This document shows positions 10,001 through 20,400 of a stretch of 64,000 nucleotides of DNA, in pieces (position 1 is the first letter of the stretch; each line of letters starts with the position of its first letter). Source of the stretch: a virus (lineage: Duplodnaviria > Caudoviricetes); the IMG/VR virus record IMGVR_UViG_2871875081_000002, positions 23,452 through 87,451 of that record; one strand, given 5' to 3'. Made by a program: the position numbers and the translations under genes. The notes below the pieces were generated by a model, which was given only the letters and a program-made list of their open reading frames with translations, was not told the origin of the DNA and did no database searches.

Positions 10001-13000
10001 GTTCGTAACGAAAGAAAGGCTTACACCTGCTCCTATAGTGTCATGGTCAGTATAAACCAATGCAGCCGATTGAACGCCACTTGCATCAGGGTTATCGCTA
10101 GTTGAGAAAACCAATTGCGGACCGCCATCGCCATAGGACAGCTTTCCAGCCGACTTGATGTAGTTTGCATCGTTGCCATAGGTAGTTCCATAAATCACCA
10201 AGCGATTCTGCTCTGCCTTGTAACTTGTGTTGACGGTGACACTAGCCTTTGACAACTTCAAGATGTTGTCTATCTTGGTGATTCCTGTCAAGGCTTGCTC
10301 GGCACTGCTGCCCTGCACCTGTGTCGTTCCCACATAATGAGTATGGTTAGACAAGCTGAAAGAACTACCCTTCGTCAAGGTCAAGGTATGCCCACTGATA
10401 GATGCGGTTGTTATCGCATTCCCAGAACCTGTTACGCTAACGGCATTCACACCGTCTGTGATACCATATCCGCTGAGACTTGTTGGCTTAGAGGTCAAAC
10501 TTGCAAAAGTATGTGTATGCCCATTGAGCGAGAATGTAGAGCCTTTTGTGAAGGTGATGGTCTTGCCGCTCTTTGTAACGGCAGTAACGGCATTTCCACT
10601 TCCGCTAACTGCTATCGCATTCACGTAACCATCGAGCGATTGGTGTGCGGTAAGGTAGTTTCCCTTCGGTTGATACAAGCTGGCAGCGTCAGTCTTAGTA
10701 AGGTAGCTCGCAAGGCTCTGATGTGAAGTCAAGAACGTTGTTCCCTTTGTCACGATGATAGTCGTTCCACTCTTACTGATGGCTGTCACTGCGTTTCCAC
10801 TACCGCTAACACTAACGTTCATAGCCGAGCCTCCTTCTAGGCTGGAGATACGAGAATCAAGAGCCTTGATGGAGTAGGCAGAGGCAATCTCACTCAGCGA
10901 TTCTGATGTAAGCTTCAAGGCATTTGAATAACTCTTCACACTGCCGTTCAAGCCGCCACCACTGGATGAGGATGTCCCAACACCATAGGCAGAAACACCA
11001 CCACTAGTATAGAGGTTTGCCACCTCGTTAGTCGTAGTGTTCGTAATCTTCAACGCCTTATTGGTTGCATCATACTCCATCTTTATGTTGCCGATGGAGA
11101 TGTACTTTCCGTCAGGCACGATGATACTTCCGTTAATATCGGCAGTACCGTTAAACGAGTTACCCCAAAGCTTGCGAATATTCGTGAGCTGGAGAGCCTT
11201 TTTCGCTGAACCGCTTGTAAAGTAGCCCTGCAAGGTGGTGATACTCGTCTTGTTGGTGGATATGCCCGAAGCGTTCACCCCTTCTGCCTTTTTCGCTCTT
11301 GTTACCTCGTCAGATATAGACTTATTGATTCCATCAACGATACCACTTAAAGTGTCTGTCTGCGCAATATTTGCGAGGAAGCTAACCACCTCGTTCCACT
11401 TATTGATAACGCCGTCCGCAGTCTCCTCGTCAGTAGTTATAAGGGCGTACCAGTCATAGGCACTATCCCAACGAGTTACCTTCGTTGATGTAATGCCGTC
11501 CAGTACAGACTTATTGCTATGAGTATGCTTTGCCGATACCGCACCATCCCAAGCCGTCTGCTTTGCCGTTGTCGGTATAGAATAACCCGAAGCAAGACTA
11601 ATAGCAAACGTACCGCTTGTTGTGATAGTCTTAGTTGCGCACGTCAAACCAGTAGGAAGGGTAAGAGCTACAGATGTAACAGTACCCTTATTGGTAGTAT
11701 AGCCCTTTGCATCAATCTCCGCTTTGGTATAATAGCTTGCGAGAGACTGATGAGCAGTCAGATACCCTTTATCATTGGTAAGCTGGCTTACCTTCGTGAT
11801 GCGGTCAGTGATTTCTGTCCACTTATGGGTATGCGCACTAGGTGTGAATGTTGATGGCTTACCCGTGATGTTATTCCAAGAAAGGCTCAGACCGCCAAGT
11901 TCTGTGGCTATGTTGTCAATTCGGCTGCTGAGAGCCTTGATAGCATAGGCATTCGGAATACTAGTCAAGTCTGCATCCGTATAGCTTCCTTCTAAGATTC
12001 TCGCATAGCTGATTACGCTTGCATTCAAGCCGCCACCACCCGTGGTAGATGCTCCTGCTCCGTATGCCGTGATACCACCTGTGGTATAGAGATTACCATC
12101 AATCTTGATAGCCTTGTTTTTGGAATCATACGTGAGCTTAATGCCATGGAAGGAGATTGCGCCTTCGAATGTAGCATCGCCCGATACGCCAAGTTTGGAG
12201 AATGGAGCGTTTGGCTTCAAAGATACAAGGTCAGCAACGCTCGTTCCTGCACTTCCTTCCTTCCAAGTCGGCTCGAAGAAGGTGAGGTATGCGCCAAGAT
12301 TCTTCTCACTGATGATAAACGATGTCGGGTCTGCGTGAACCTTTCCGCTCACATCCCACCAGATAGCACCATTGGCAAGATAACCCGAGCCATCGAAGCG
12401 GATGAGGGAGGTTGCAGGGGTAAGATTTCCGCTATTATAGTCCTTATCCACCATCTGACCGCCCCACCATGTTGCGATACTCTTCTTTCCTCTATTCTTG
12501 TCTATTGCTCCGTTGATACCGCTCTGAACGTTTCCGTCTCCGTCTCTCAGCGCAAGGAGCGTTGTCATTACAAGACCACCGTCAACATATGTAGTCTGAC
12601 CGAGCGCATCCTTGAGATACTTGTAACCTGCGAGGTCTGTGATATTCTGCTTCAAGTCACCATATATCTTGCTAGTGATATAGGCATTAGCCAAACCAAG
12701 TTTGTCATAGAATGCGCTGTATGCGGACTGAAAGTTGGTGAACTTCGTTCCCACGGCAGAGACGATAGCAGCCTTGCCGTTAGTATCAGCCTTATTGTAA
12801 TTTGTAGATATATCTGAGAGATACGTAACGAGTTCCGTCTTGGCAGTAGAGAGAGTAGTGAAAGCAGTATTAAGGTCGGTGAGTTCTTTTGTACTCTTTA
12901 ACACCTCTGCTCCCTTCACTTCATTGTACGACTTCTCGGCAGCTGCGAAAGCATCTTCAAGTCGCTTGGAATCCTGCGCCATTGCAGCAATCTCAGAAGG

Positions 13001-16000
13001 CTCTAGGTAGCCATCTTTGACGTAGCTGTCGAACGTCTTTTTGTTTTCGGTAACAGTCGTTCCGAGGGCGTTCAAGTTGCTCTGTGTCGTCTTAATCTCT
13101 TCTTGCGCCTTCTCAGCAGCTTTCTTTGCTTCCTCTGCCTTCGTGTCATCGGTATACTTGCTAGCCAATTTCCAATCTGAAATATTAAACTCTTCACCTT
13201 CTGCCTTGGCGGTGGAACACTTCAAGATTTCATTCTTGTAGGTACTGCCGTCAGAAGGATAAGTTGCGTTGACCCACATATCGTTCACGTCGTATGGTGG
13301 AACTGGCTGAGAGCCGAAGATGCGTCTCTTGGTGTTGGCGGTAGCTTGCGCTCCATTAGCCTTCTTATCCGCAGCGGCTGCATCTTTGAGTGCTTGGCTT
13401 GAATCTTTGAGTGCCTTGGTCAGCTCCGTATCTGTGATGATAATCCACTCATAGGTAGAGCCATCCTTGGCAAAGCGGTATGCCTTGCCCGTCTTGTTGT
13501 CATAGTAGAGGTCTCCCAAGTGAGTTTTCTTATCATCGTTGGTCTTCCAACTGATGGCTGGAGCATTCTTCAAAGTAGGAACGCCGTCATAGAACCAAGT
13601 CTCAATAGCTCCGTCTATCTGGTTTTGAAGGTCGATAATCGTCTGCGATTTATTGATAATGGTCTCAACGGCATTCTTATCCAAGCTCTTCTCGGTGATG
13701 TACTTATCCAAGGTCTTCCCATCGTAGGTGGACTTTATATCCAAGTCTCCCTTGATGGTTACTTTCTTCGTCTCGCTATCAAACTTGACATAGGAATCAC
13801 CCTCGTAGTTATTGGCACTAGTAGGTCGGTCTCCGAAGTACATATCACCATAGACGTTGAAGAATGCCTTGCTATTCTGCTTATTCACACCATATTCCAC
13901 GTACTCCCTATTGGCAAAGGAATAGCTGTTGATGCCGTGATAGAGGCTAATGGATGGCGAATAGGTATCTACCGCCGAGAAGATAAGGCAGTTCTGACGT
14001 TCCACATCGGTTCTATTACCGCACTGGTTGAGCACATCACCTTTAGCAGGAACATCGCTTGCCGTAGCGCAATCGGTATCAGAGAGGTCGATATAATGAT
14101 ATTTCTTTCCTTCCAGCTCTACAGGGTCTTCATCACGACCGATTACCAATCGCCAATAGAAGTGATTGCCAGCCTTGTGATAAGTGCCCTTGCGAACATT
14201 GAATGATTCTGAGCGCACTTGGTCGTTAACCGCGAAGTCGTTATCTACCTCATCACCATCCTGCTCTGCTAAGAAATAGCAACGATAAGCCTTCTGTGAC
14301 ACATTATTGTATGTCACAGTAACTTCTTCTACCTTATGAGCCACCACGCCACCAGTAGGAGAGATTATCTCCTTACCACCGATGGTGGATGTTTTATTTA
14401 TGACCAGCTCCTCGAAGATAGCCTTCATTCTTACCTCCAAGTAATCTGTGATTAGGTGCGAACGACCTTCTGCGTCTGGAGTCCACGAGCCTCCACCGAC
14501 AAGCAATCCCTGCAAGAACTTCTGCACCTTTTCCCAAGTGATAGTTCCTTTTGCGGTGTCATCGTTTATCTTTGAGATGAAGTGCTTACTTCCCTCTGTC
14601 GCAACCTGACTCTTGACCTGGGTAGTTGTCAAGCCTGCACCTGTTCCGCCATTTCCACTTTGGAGCGACGATATCTGTTGCTGAATTTTCTGTATAGTTC
14701 CAACCTCCTTATCCTCGCGAAGAGTTATATCGTAGGTAGGAATCTTACCATCTTCTTCCTTGATTGTGAGCTGATCTATGGATATTACACCGCCAATTCT
14801 GAGGTCAGTATCTTCAAACTCCATCAAGTCTCCGGCTTTGAGCGTATCATGAAGACTCTTGATAACTCCTGTAGTATCCTTTTCAGCAAGATCATGCTGT
14901 CTTGCCATGAAAATCTCATCAACCTTAGGCTGATAGACGTACCTTGTGTAGTCGTTCTTGTCAATGAATGCTATGGCGTATTTGAGAAGCTTCAGTGATG
15001 CAGCATTGACATACGAATCAGGAAGGGTGATGCCGGTAAGAACGAAATGGTCGCCTTTCTTGATAGGGTAGTCCTTGTATGGAAACCACAGCTCAAGAGC
15101 GTCGTCCTTTACTCTTTTAATAGTAAGCCTCCATCTTCCATCAATCTTGGTTGAGGATGCTACCTTGAATGTTCGTCCGCCACACATACCATCCTTCATC
15201 GAGATGGAGAAGTCGTCATCCTTTAAGTCGTTGATATCAAAGTCGATAGCCTTTTTAAGATAGATATCAACATTCTTTACGGTTTCATTATCGCCAAATC
15301 TTCCGTCATCATCAGGAGCCACACCCTTATCAATCTCATCAACACGTACGCCACCGATTTCCATCTCCTCGATAGTAGGGTAGATTTCAATAACTCCATT
15401 CGTCTTATCATCGGTATCGAAGAACTGCGATGCAGAACGAAGACCAATCTGCTCGATGTTGATAGAATCGATGTATGGCCTGTGTGGATCTGTGGAGAAT
15501 CTGTGTTGTCTTCCGGTAGGATTCACGTACCTCTTCTCTTCATTCGTGAGTGAGTTATAGAAATCACTCAGCGATACATGAGGGAATCCAGGCAACATAA
15601 GTCTATTGATGGACATGTTGTTCGGAAGATTCTTTGCATACTCCTTCATAGATGAAGGAACAGCCTTCTTGTTGAGACCGGACGTGATATACATCTTTGT
15701 ATTTCCGGCCTTGACCTGCGCAATAAACGCATCAAGCTTCTCCTTTGATTCCTCATCTCCGGTGTCAGTCTGTGTTCCCTTCAGCTTAGAATAGAATCTA
15801 CATTTTTTAGAGTCGTATGTCTGTGTTACATAACCGGTAATCTCAGTCTTGAAATCAAATGTAACCTTAAGTACCCAACCGAAAGACTGTTCGCCAGTTT
15901 CTCCAGAAACAATATACTTTCTCGGATTCTTGAAATATGTCTCTATATAATCGAGGTCCAGTTCAAGTGTAACATTCGTGCTGGCCCCGACGACTTTCGT

Positions 16001-16837
16001 GATGTTCGCCACGTACTTGACACCTAGGTCCGCATAGTAGTGAGAAGGAAGATTCTTCTCGGAACCATAAGCTCTCAATCTCGTAACGACACTCTGGTCG
16101 GAATCAGCGTTCTGAACAATCTCATATAATCCATTACCGAGGCCATACTTGAAGATATGGTTTGCCTGTATTCCGGTAGTACCGACATATATGTTTCTTC
16201 CTCTGACGATGAAGTTTATGTCCCACTTCTCGTTCACAAGCGCAAGGGCCTGCCAACAGGTCTGCGAATCCACTGTAATGGACATCGATTCGATGACGTT
16301 ATCGTCGGTTTTCTCACCATAAACCGACAACCACTCACTTTCAAGGGCTCCACGCTGAACGGAACGGTCCTTGTTTCGGGAGTAAATCTTCCAAAGACCT
16401 GCACCAATCTGCTCGTTTAAGCATGCCTGGATTCTGTCTAGCAAATCATCCAAAGTCTGCACATAGAATGGGAATTTCGGCAGGGCAGTGTAGTGAAGCT
16501 CGTTATCGTTCAATACCACATCGAGGAACTCTGCCCTGGCAAGCTCATCCTGCAATGCATTGAACTTTACGCTGTCATATACGAAGCCCTCACCGTAGGT
16601 GTCAGGTCTTGCCTGCTTATCTTTGCCCGGCTCGTAGTTGAGCTCGAATCGCTCGCCACGATAGACAATATAGTCGCCTATCTGAAAGTTGATAGGCACT
16701 TCATGCTTGAAGTTGATAGTCAAAAAACACTCACCCATCCAGGAATCAGAGTACTCCAATCCATGAACGGTTATCTGCTCTCCGTTAACGTCTGTCAGCT
16801 TCGAGCCATTCTTATGATAAATATTCCAAGCGCTCAT
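7007..16837 (-). CDS. Giant tail spike/fibre protein (baseplate-hub-like N-terminus, repeat-rich fibre, C-terminal peptidase S74-type chaperone)
   Basis: 3276 aa downstream of tape measure and Dit-like genes; Ser/Thr/Gly-rich repeats; C-terminal SSDIRLK...GWIAQHV...KLIATAFGAIEQV followed by a coiled coil. Confidence 0.88.
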   Translation of the reverse strand: MSAWNIYHKNGSKLTDVNGEQITVHGLEYSDSWMGECFLTINFKHEVPINFQIGDYIVYRGERFELNYEPGKDKQARPDTYGEGFVYDSVKFNALQDELARAEFLDVVLNDNELHYTALPKFPFYVQTLDDLLDRIQACLNEQIGAGLWKIYSRNKDRSVQRGALESEWLSVYGEKTDDNVIESMSITVDSQTCWQALALVNEKWDINFIVRGRNIYVGTTGIQANHIFKYGLGNGLYEIVQNADSDQSVVTRLRAYGSEKNLPSHYYADLGVKYVANITKVVGASTNVTLELDLDYIETYFKNPRKYIVSGETGEQSFGWVLKVTFDFKTEITGYVTQTYDSKKCRFYSKLKGTQTDTGDEESKEKLDAFIAQVKAGNTKMYITSGLNKKAVPSSMKEYAKNLPNNMSINRLMLPGFPHVSLSDFYNSLTNEEKRYVNPTGRQHRFSTDPHRPYIDSINIEQIGLRSASQFFDTDDKTNGVIEIYPTIEEMEIGGVRVDEIDKGVAPDDDGRFGDNETVKNVDIYLKKAIDFDINDLKDDDFSISMKDGMCGGRTFKVASSTKIDGRWRLTIKRVKDDALELWFPYKDYPIKKGDHFVLTGITLPDSYVNAASLKLLKYAIAFIDKNDYTRYVYQPKVDEIFMARQHDLAEKDTTGVIKSLHDTLKAGDLMEFEDTDLRIGGVISIDQLTIKEEDGKIPTYDITLREDKEVGTIQKIQQQISSLQSGNGGTGAGLTTTQVKSQVATEGSKHFISKINDDTAKGTITWEKVQKFLQGLLVGGGSWTPDAEGRSHLITDYLEVRMKAIFEELVINKTSTIGGKEIISPTGGVVAHKVEEVTVTYNNVSQKAYRCYFLAEQDGDEVDNDFAVNDQVRSESFNVRKGTYHKAGNHFYWRLVIGRDEDPVELEGKKYHYIDLSDTDCATASDVPAKGDVLNQCGNRTDVERQNCLIFSAVDTYSPSISLYHGINSYSFANREYVEYGVNKQNSKAFFNVYGDMYFGDRPTSANNYEGDSYVKFDSETKKVTIKGDLDIKSTYDGKTLDKYITEKSLDKNAVETIINKSQTIIDLQNQIDGAIETWFYDGVPTLKNAPAISWKTNDDKKTHLGDLYYDNKTGKAYRFAKDGSTYEWIIITDTELTKALKDSSQALKDAAAADKKANGAQATANTKRRIFGSQPVPPYDVNDMWVNATYPSDGSTYKNEILKCSTAKAEGEEFNISDWKLASKYTDDTKAEEAKKAAEKAQEEIKTTQSNLNALGTTVTENKKTFDSYVKDGYLEPSEIAAMAQDSKRLEDAFAAAEKSYNEVKGAEVLKSTKELTDLNTAFTTLSTAKTELVTYLSDISTNYNKADTNGKAAIVSAVGTKFTNFQSAYSAFYDKLGLANAYITSKIYGDLKQNITDLAGYKYLKDALGQTTYVDGGLVMTTLLALRDGDGNVQSGINGAIDKNRGKKSIATWWGGQMVDKDYNSGNLTPATSLIRFDGSGYLANGAIWWDVSGKVHADPTSFIISEKNLGAYLTFFEPTWKEGSAGTSVADLVSLKPNAPFSKLGVSGDATFEGAISFHGIKLTYDSKNKAIKIDGNLYTTGGITAYGAGASTTGGGGLNASVISYARILEGSYTDADLTSIPNAYAIKALSSRIDNIATELGGLSLSWNNITGKPSTFTPSAHTHKWTEITDRITKVSQLTNDKGYLTAHQSLASYYTKAEIDAKGYTTNKGTVTSVALTLPTGLTCATKTITTSGTFAISLASGYSIPTTAKQTAWDGAVSAKHTHSNKSVLDGITSTKVTRWDSAYDWYALITTDEETADGVINKWNEVVSFLANIAQTDTLSGIVDGINKSISDEVTRAKKAEGVNASGISTNKTSITTLQGYFTSGSAKKALQLTNIRKLWGNSFNGTADINGSIIVPDGKYISIGNIKMEYDATNKALKITNTTTNEVANLYTSGGVSAYGVGTSSSSGGGLNGSVKSYSNALKLTSESLSEIASAYSIKALDSRISSLEGGSAMNVSVSGSGNAVTAISKSGTTIIVTKGTTFLTSHQSLASYLTKTDAASLYQPKGNYLTAHQSLDGYVNAIAVSGSGNAVTAVTKSGKTITFTKGSTFSLNGHTHTFASLTSKPTSLSGYGITDGVNAVSVTGSGNAITTASISGHTLTLTKGSSFSLSNHTHYVGTTQVQGSSAEQALTGITKIDNILKLSKASVTVNTSYKAEQNRLVIYGTTYGNDANYIKSAGKLSYGDGGPQLVFSTSDNPDASGVQSAALVYTDHDTIGAGVSLSFVTNQGDAYFIAPHIKALTAFQGNLAWSYITNKPTTLSGFGITDGLRSVTQPSGSNVFVTGISTSGTAITYTKSYTKKSLSAVGTSGWTNASIDGNIIPDMSFIAYWNGAYSGTSSNLAYCNKGAFGSFAIKNSLAFSELTSKPTTISGYGITDAYTKSQVDAIAAKYLPLTGGTLTGQLKIVASALNGAYNGLRIGDDCYIGDCNIGNTIGLMGVGNNNAGMVKFGKGGMQFGYNGSNHIASTTAQWTNLNADLLDGWHKNNIVWSGAVNSDTASLSHYWAKLFDITVTDNQYDDRNFTFLFSNGFNDTFSVVVLRIRQNGAKDSGAYNFIISLRELVGNMSSRLRVYYNNATGNVQLWGNCQRQFGSLSYTIIKKTGRTSTDFTSQGTLVTNRWFSAAQSLPATTGDSPYTLLDGATRIGIVNQADQLVTARTIWGQSFNGTANVSGALSGVTTISASNTISTTLQNGALKIGNKLTPISAIDAQVIFNTGAAIRFGETAWDLNKWAGLKYNHSNKTIYLGIADNSVFIANSAQSNGTLKFPGITTITPDSGVRIGGSGGDLYLGNANNSGFVKVQDMCSQVNSSYWSITQLGSATFKSLTVNDVISCDSISVSKNAVIAGNLSVNGLINNKGILPTNYEVNNKGAGCYVSADALCSGITAITDSIQVNQVTVQYSNDNGTNWTNYEMSNDTKFNLYASNAGLTQVYLGYNVFTGNNDAEKLAQVKKNELMFSFEIPNSCYSQVYFACVDMGQGVGVTCTVEYLNSKGVIVNTYIKYMTGWNQFNYINLSRGNEGFPVGNDDRRYIRFRFKHDQNTTALRNASINKIRIFSFTKYSFPTDRFMGHTGHIYNFDYNMNTYFPNSILAKGGVTAYQSSDIRLKQDLRKLDYLGIIKAMGGTYGFAWKKDNTRSIGWIAQHVLCNPHLKDIVETDEKGYYKINYWSPKLIATAFGAIEQVGDEVSRLKARVVFLESEVQRLSGDKEDCNKKRLDNKNINSLN

Positions 16838-16844
16838 CTGTATG

Positions 16845-17333
16845 CTATACTAAATTTGAAATATTGCCCTGTGTATCCTTAATCGGCTTAATATCAGTAA
16901 CAGGGTCGTTAAACTTGAAAGTAATAGAGAGGACTAGCAAGTCCTCTCTATCCGGATCTCTATATAGGTTTGGATCAATATCCTTAAGTCTTACATGCTG
17001 TCTTCCGATTCTATTGAAGTCGCAATACATCTTCATCATGCCTGACTTGCGGATGTAATCAATAAAAGCCTTACATTTCTCGTTAGCGCCGAAAGCCTCG
17101 CCGTGGAACATAAACTTTACCTTATTCTCGTATGCCGCCATATAAAGTCCATCCTTTCCGATATATTCGTCATCACCATGCTCATCGTGCCACTCCCTTT
17201 TCGGTGGTTCCTTGACAGAATCGCAAGGCTTGAACGGGTTCTCGGAAACATACATGCCGAAGTCGGCGATGGAGTCCTTCACCTCATTCCCATCGCCTTC
17301 CTTCTGCATGTATATCCTGAAATAATCTTTCAT
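16845..17333 (-). CDS. Distal tail (Dit)-like protein
   Basis: 162 aa between tape measure and tail spike; call rests mainly on position. Confidence 0.6.
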   Translation of the reverse strand: MKDYFRIYMQKEGDGNEVKDSIADFGMYVSENPFKPCDSVKEPPKREWHDEHGDDEYIGKDGLYMAAYENKVKFMFHGEAFGANEKCKAFIDYIRKSGMMKMYCDFNRIGRQHVRLKDIDPNLYRDPDREDLLVLSITFKFNDPVTDIKPIKDTQGNISNLV

Positions 17334-17350
17334 ACCTTAAATCAACTTTT

Positions 17351-17366
17351 TATATTTGCAAATATA
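17351..17366. promoter_or_regulatory. Perfect palindrome TATATTTGCAAATATA containing a -7 element on each strand
   Basis: Read directly; TATATTTG fits TAnnTTTG. Confidence 0.55.
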
Positions 17367-17420
17367 CAAAAAAATGCATAAACATGCAAGAGATGTCAGA
17401 TTAAAAATGTATAAATATAC

Positions 17421-17452
17421 GAAAGAGGGCGCAGAAATAGATCCGCGCCCCC
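17421..17452 (-). terminator. Probable intrinsic terminator after tape measure gene
   Basis: Minus strand GGGGGCGC...GCGCCCTC followed by TTTCG. Confidence 0.55.
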
Positions 17453-17457
17453 GATTA

Positions 17458-20400
17458 TTACTTCATCTTCAATGATTTTGTTCCGTTAAGAACTCTATTG
17501 AAGTTGTCGTTATACTCAACGAATATACTTTCAATCCTCTCGGCCGCATCCGCATTGCGTAACGTATTTCGAGCAATCGCATTGAGTTGTATCAGCTGAG
17601 ACTTGGCAATCTCGCTCATCTCTGGATAATACTTAGCTTGTTCTTCTCTCATGACAGAGCAATCGAGCCTAATTGCGTTGAGGTATGAGGCAATCAAGTC
17701 TCCTGTTTCCTCCGTAATGCTCTTGATGGAGTTTCTCGATGATGAACTACTGTTGTCAGACCAGCCGTAAGTCTTCTTGAGATAATCTCTCGTTGCCTCG
17801 ATTTGCTTTGAGAGCTCATCTGTGCTGTTCTTTACGTCGGAATACTCTGCTCCTGTGTATTCAGAAATAACATTTCCGTTGGAATCCTTAATCTTGTCAC
17901 CATTCTCTGCGTACTCCTGAGTCTTCTTCAAAAGAGCCTTAATTTTGTCTCCATATATATTCTCAATCATGGAGTTCAAGATGGTTTTCTTCAGGTTGTC
18001 CTCGAAGTGCTCAACGAGATTATCTGACGAGTTAGCCATCGTTGCCATTGCGTCACCCCAGGAAGACACCAAGTCAGAGAACTTGTTACCGGTCAGTTTC
18101 TCTGTAAGAGCCTCAATCATGTCATCAGCCTTCTCTCCGTACTGAATGAGCTTTTCCAGGTAATCCCTGAACTCAGAGTCCATACTAGCCCAAAGACCGG
18201 TATAATCCTTTTTTATCTTTGAAAGAGTATCGGAGTCCATATTGAGCATATCCTCCATTCCATTGAACTGGACTCCGTATTTCGAAGAGATTTCTCCGGC
18301 AACATCACGCCAGTTCTGACCATTGTACTTATATGAACCCTTCCACATTCTATATTTGATAGAGTGTGAGCCAGCTGACGCACCGGCATTGAGCCTCTTC
18401 TGCGCGATAACCTTAGTCTGCTCAATCTCCGCCTTAAGCATTTCCTGGGCTTCCTTGGATGCCTCTGTAGCCTCTGTACCCCAATGGATGTTCATGTACT
18501 CAGTCTTCTTGGAGATGAGAGAATCCCAAATTGAGGTCAGGTTGTCGTACTCAGCCTTCGCCTTTTCGTAACTGCTGTAGTCTGCGCCGAATGCCTTGAT
18601 GAGCGAACCGCCAATACTCAACGCTGCGGAAGCGGCTGCTGCGTATGGACCAGCCCCCTCTAGGAATCCAAGACCCTTCATTTTACTTAGGGTGTCAAAG
18701 GCTCCAGCTGTACTTGCTGCCGAAGAGAATGCGCCTGATGCTCCACCAACAATTTGACCAAGGATTGAATCCTCTTCACCCATAGCCTTAAACAGATTGA
18801 TTACCGGGTCAAGAACCGTATTGAGTGCCTGCATCTTCGTCGCAAGTTCAGAGATTGCTTTAGACGAGTCGGCGTACGCTGACTGCTGATCATTCTTCAG
18901 ACTCGCCTTTGTTCTTACGCCGCCTGCGATACCAAGTCTAGAAGCATCCTCCTTACTAACGAATATCTTCGCAGTATCGTTCATACCGCCAAGATGCTCA
19001 TTTATGAACTTCCCGATAGCATTGCCACGCTTAACTCCTCCGAATACACTAGGGAACGGATTTCTGCTAATCTGCTCATTTCTGAGCTTATCTAGGGCAT
19101 CTCTGAGTTGTTTGATGGATTCTACAGATAAACCGGTAGTCATAGAAAACTGGTCTATCTTCTCGATCATAGAGTTGATTGTTGCCGAAGACACCCTGTC
19201 GAGGTCATCGAAGATAGCAACCCAATCAGATTCTTGCTTGAACTGTTCAAACTGGAGCTTTGCCAAATTCTCGTTGTGAGTCTTTGTGGCTCCTGCCTTG
19301 GCTCTGTCTCTCATCTGTGGGTCTTCGATGCCCTTGATGAGGTCAAGCTGTCTCTCGTATTTTCGGTTTTCATCCTCAATCTGCTGGGCGATGGTTGCAT
19401 TCTTTTCAATAAGACTAGCCATCAGGTCGATGGTCTCCTTCTTGATCTTGTTGTTCTCATCTTCCAGTTTCTTGCGGATATCGTAAACACGAGTCTCCTC
19501 GCCATACTTATCCTTGACATTTTCAAGACTCATTTCCTTAACCTCATCCGTAGTAAAGTTGAGGCCGGACTGAACATTGTCGTGCTTTACCGCAATGTCA
19601 AGTTGTTCCTCCAGGAACTTCTTGTATGTATCAAATTGAACAGTTCCGCCGAAAGCGATATTTTCAGAACCCTTTTTATTTCCAGTCAACTCATATATCT
19701 TCTTGTATGTATCATACTGTTCGGATATAACATCAAGCTGCTTGTTGAGCACATTCAGCTCATCTCTTCGCTGGTCTTCAAGAAGCTTTCGGTTTTCAGT
19801 CTGAATACCGGCCTTCTCGTTTGCAGCGTAGTCCAATCTCTCCCTTGTTGAGGCCGGGAGAGTCTTCAAGAGTTCTTTAATAGAGGTCTCATAATTGGTG
19901 TAGTCGGAGATAGGAAACCTCTTCTTGTCACCAAAGATAGCCTCAAACTCTCCGTCGTTGGCAAGTTGACCGAGAGCACCCTCACCGTAAAGTTCCTTAA
20001 ACTTCTTGATTTCAGCATACATCTTCTTGTATAAGTCGATGCGCTTCCTCAAATCTTCAAGAGCCTTATCTGTCTGCGCGCCTTTTGGTCTACGGCCACC
20101 GGTTTTCTTGTTTTTCTTCTTGTCGTCACCAGTAAACCATTCGCCCCAGTTATCATGATAAGCCTGCATCTTAAGTTCGTACTCCTTCTGCTTCTGTGTA
20201 AACTCATCGAGAGAAAGATTGCCCAGCGCAAGCATCTTCTTTCTGGTGTTGAGTTCCTTTTTGGCAGCAGTAATGTCCGACTCAGCGTTGCTCTTTGCTT
20301 TATCGTAGTCGTCTCCGGCATCCTTTCCCCAACTCTTGACGTACTTGTTCTTCTCATGGTAGTCGTAACCACTACCCTTGAGATTCTTTTCAAGCTGCTG

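Noticed and set aside
5220-16837. Diversity-generating retroelement or shufflon acting on tail-tip genes
   Set aside because: No reverse transcriptase, no template/variable repeat pair and no inverted alternative C-termini seen in this window.
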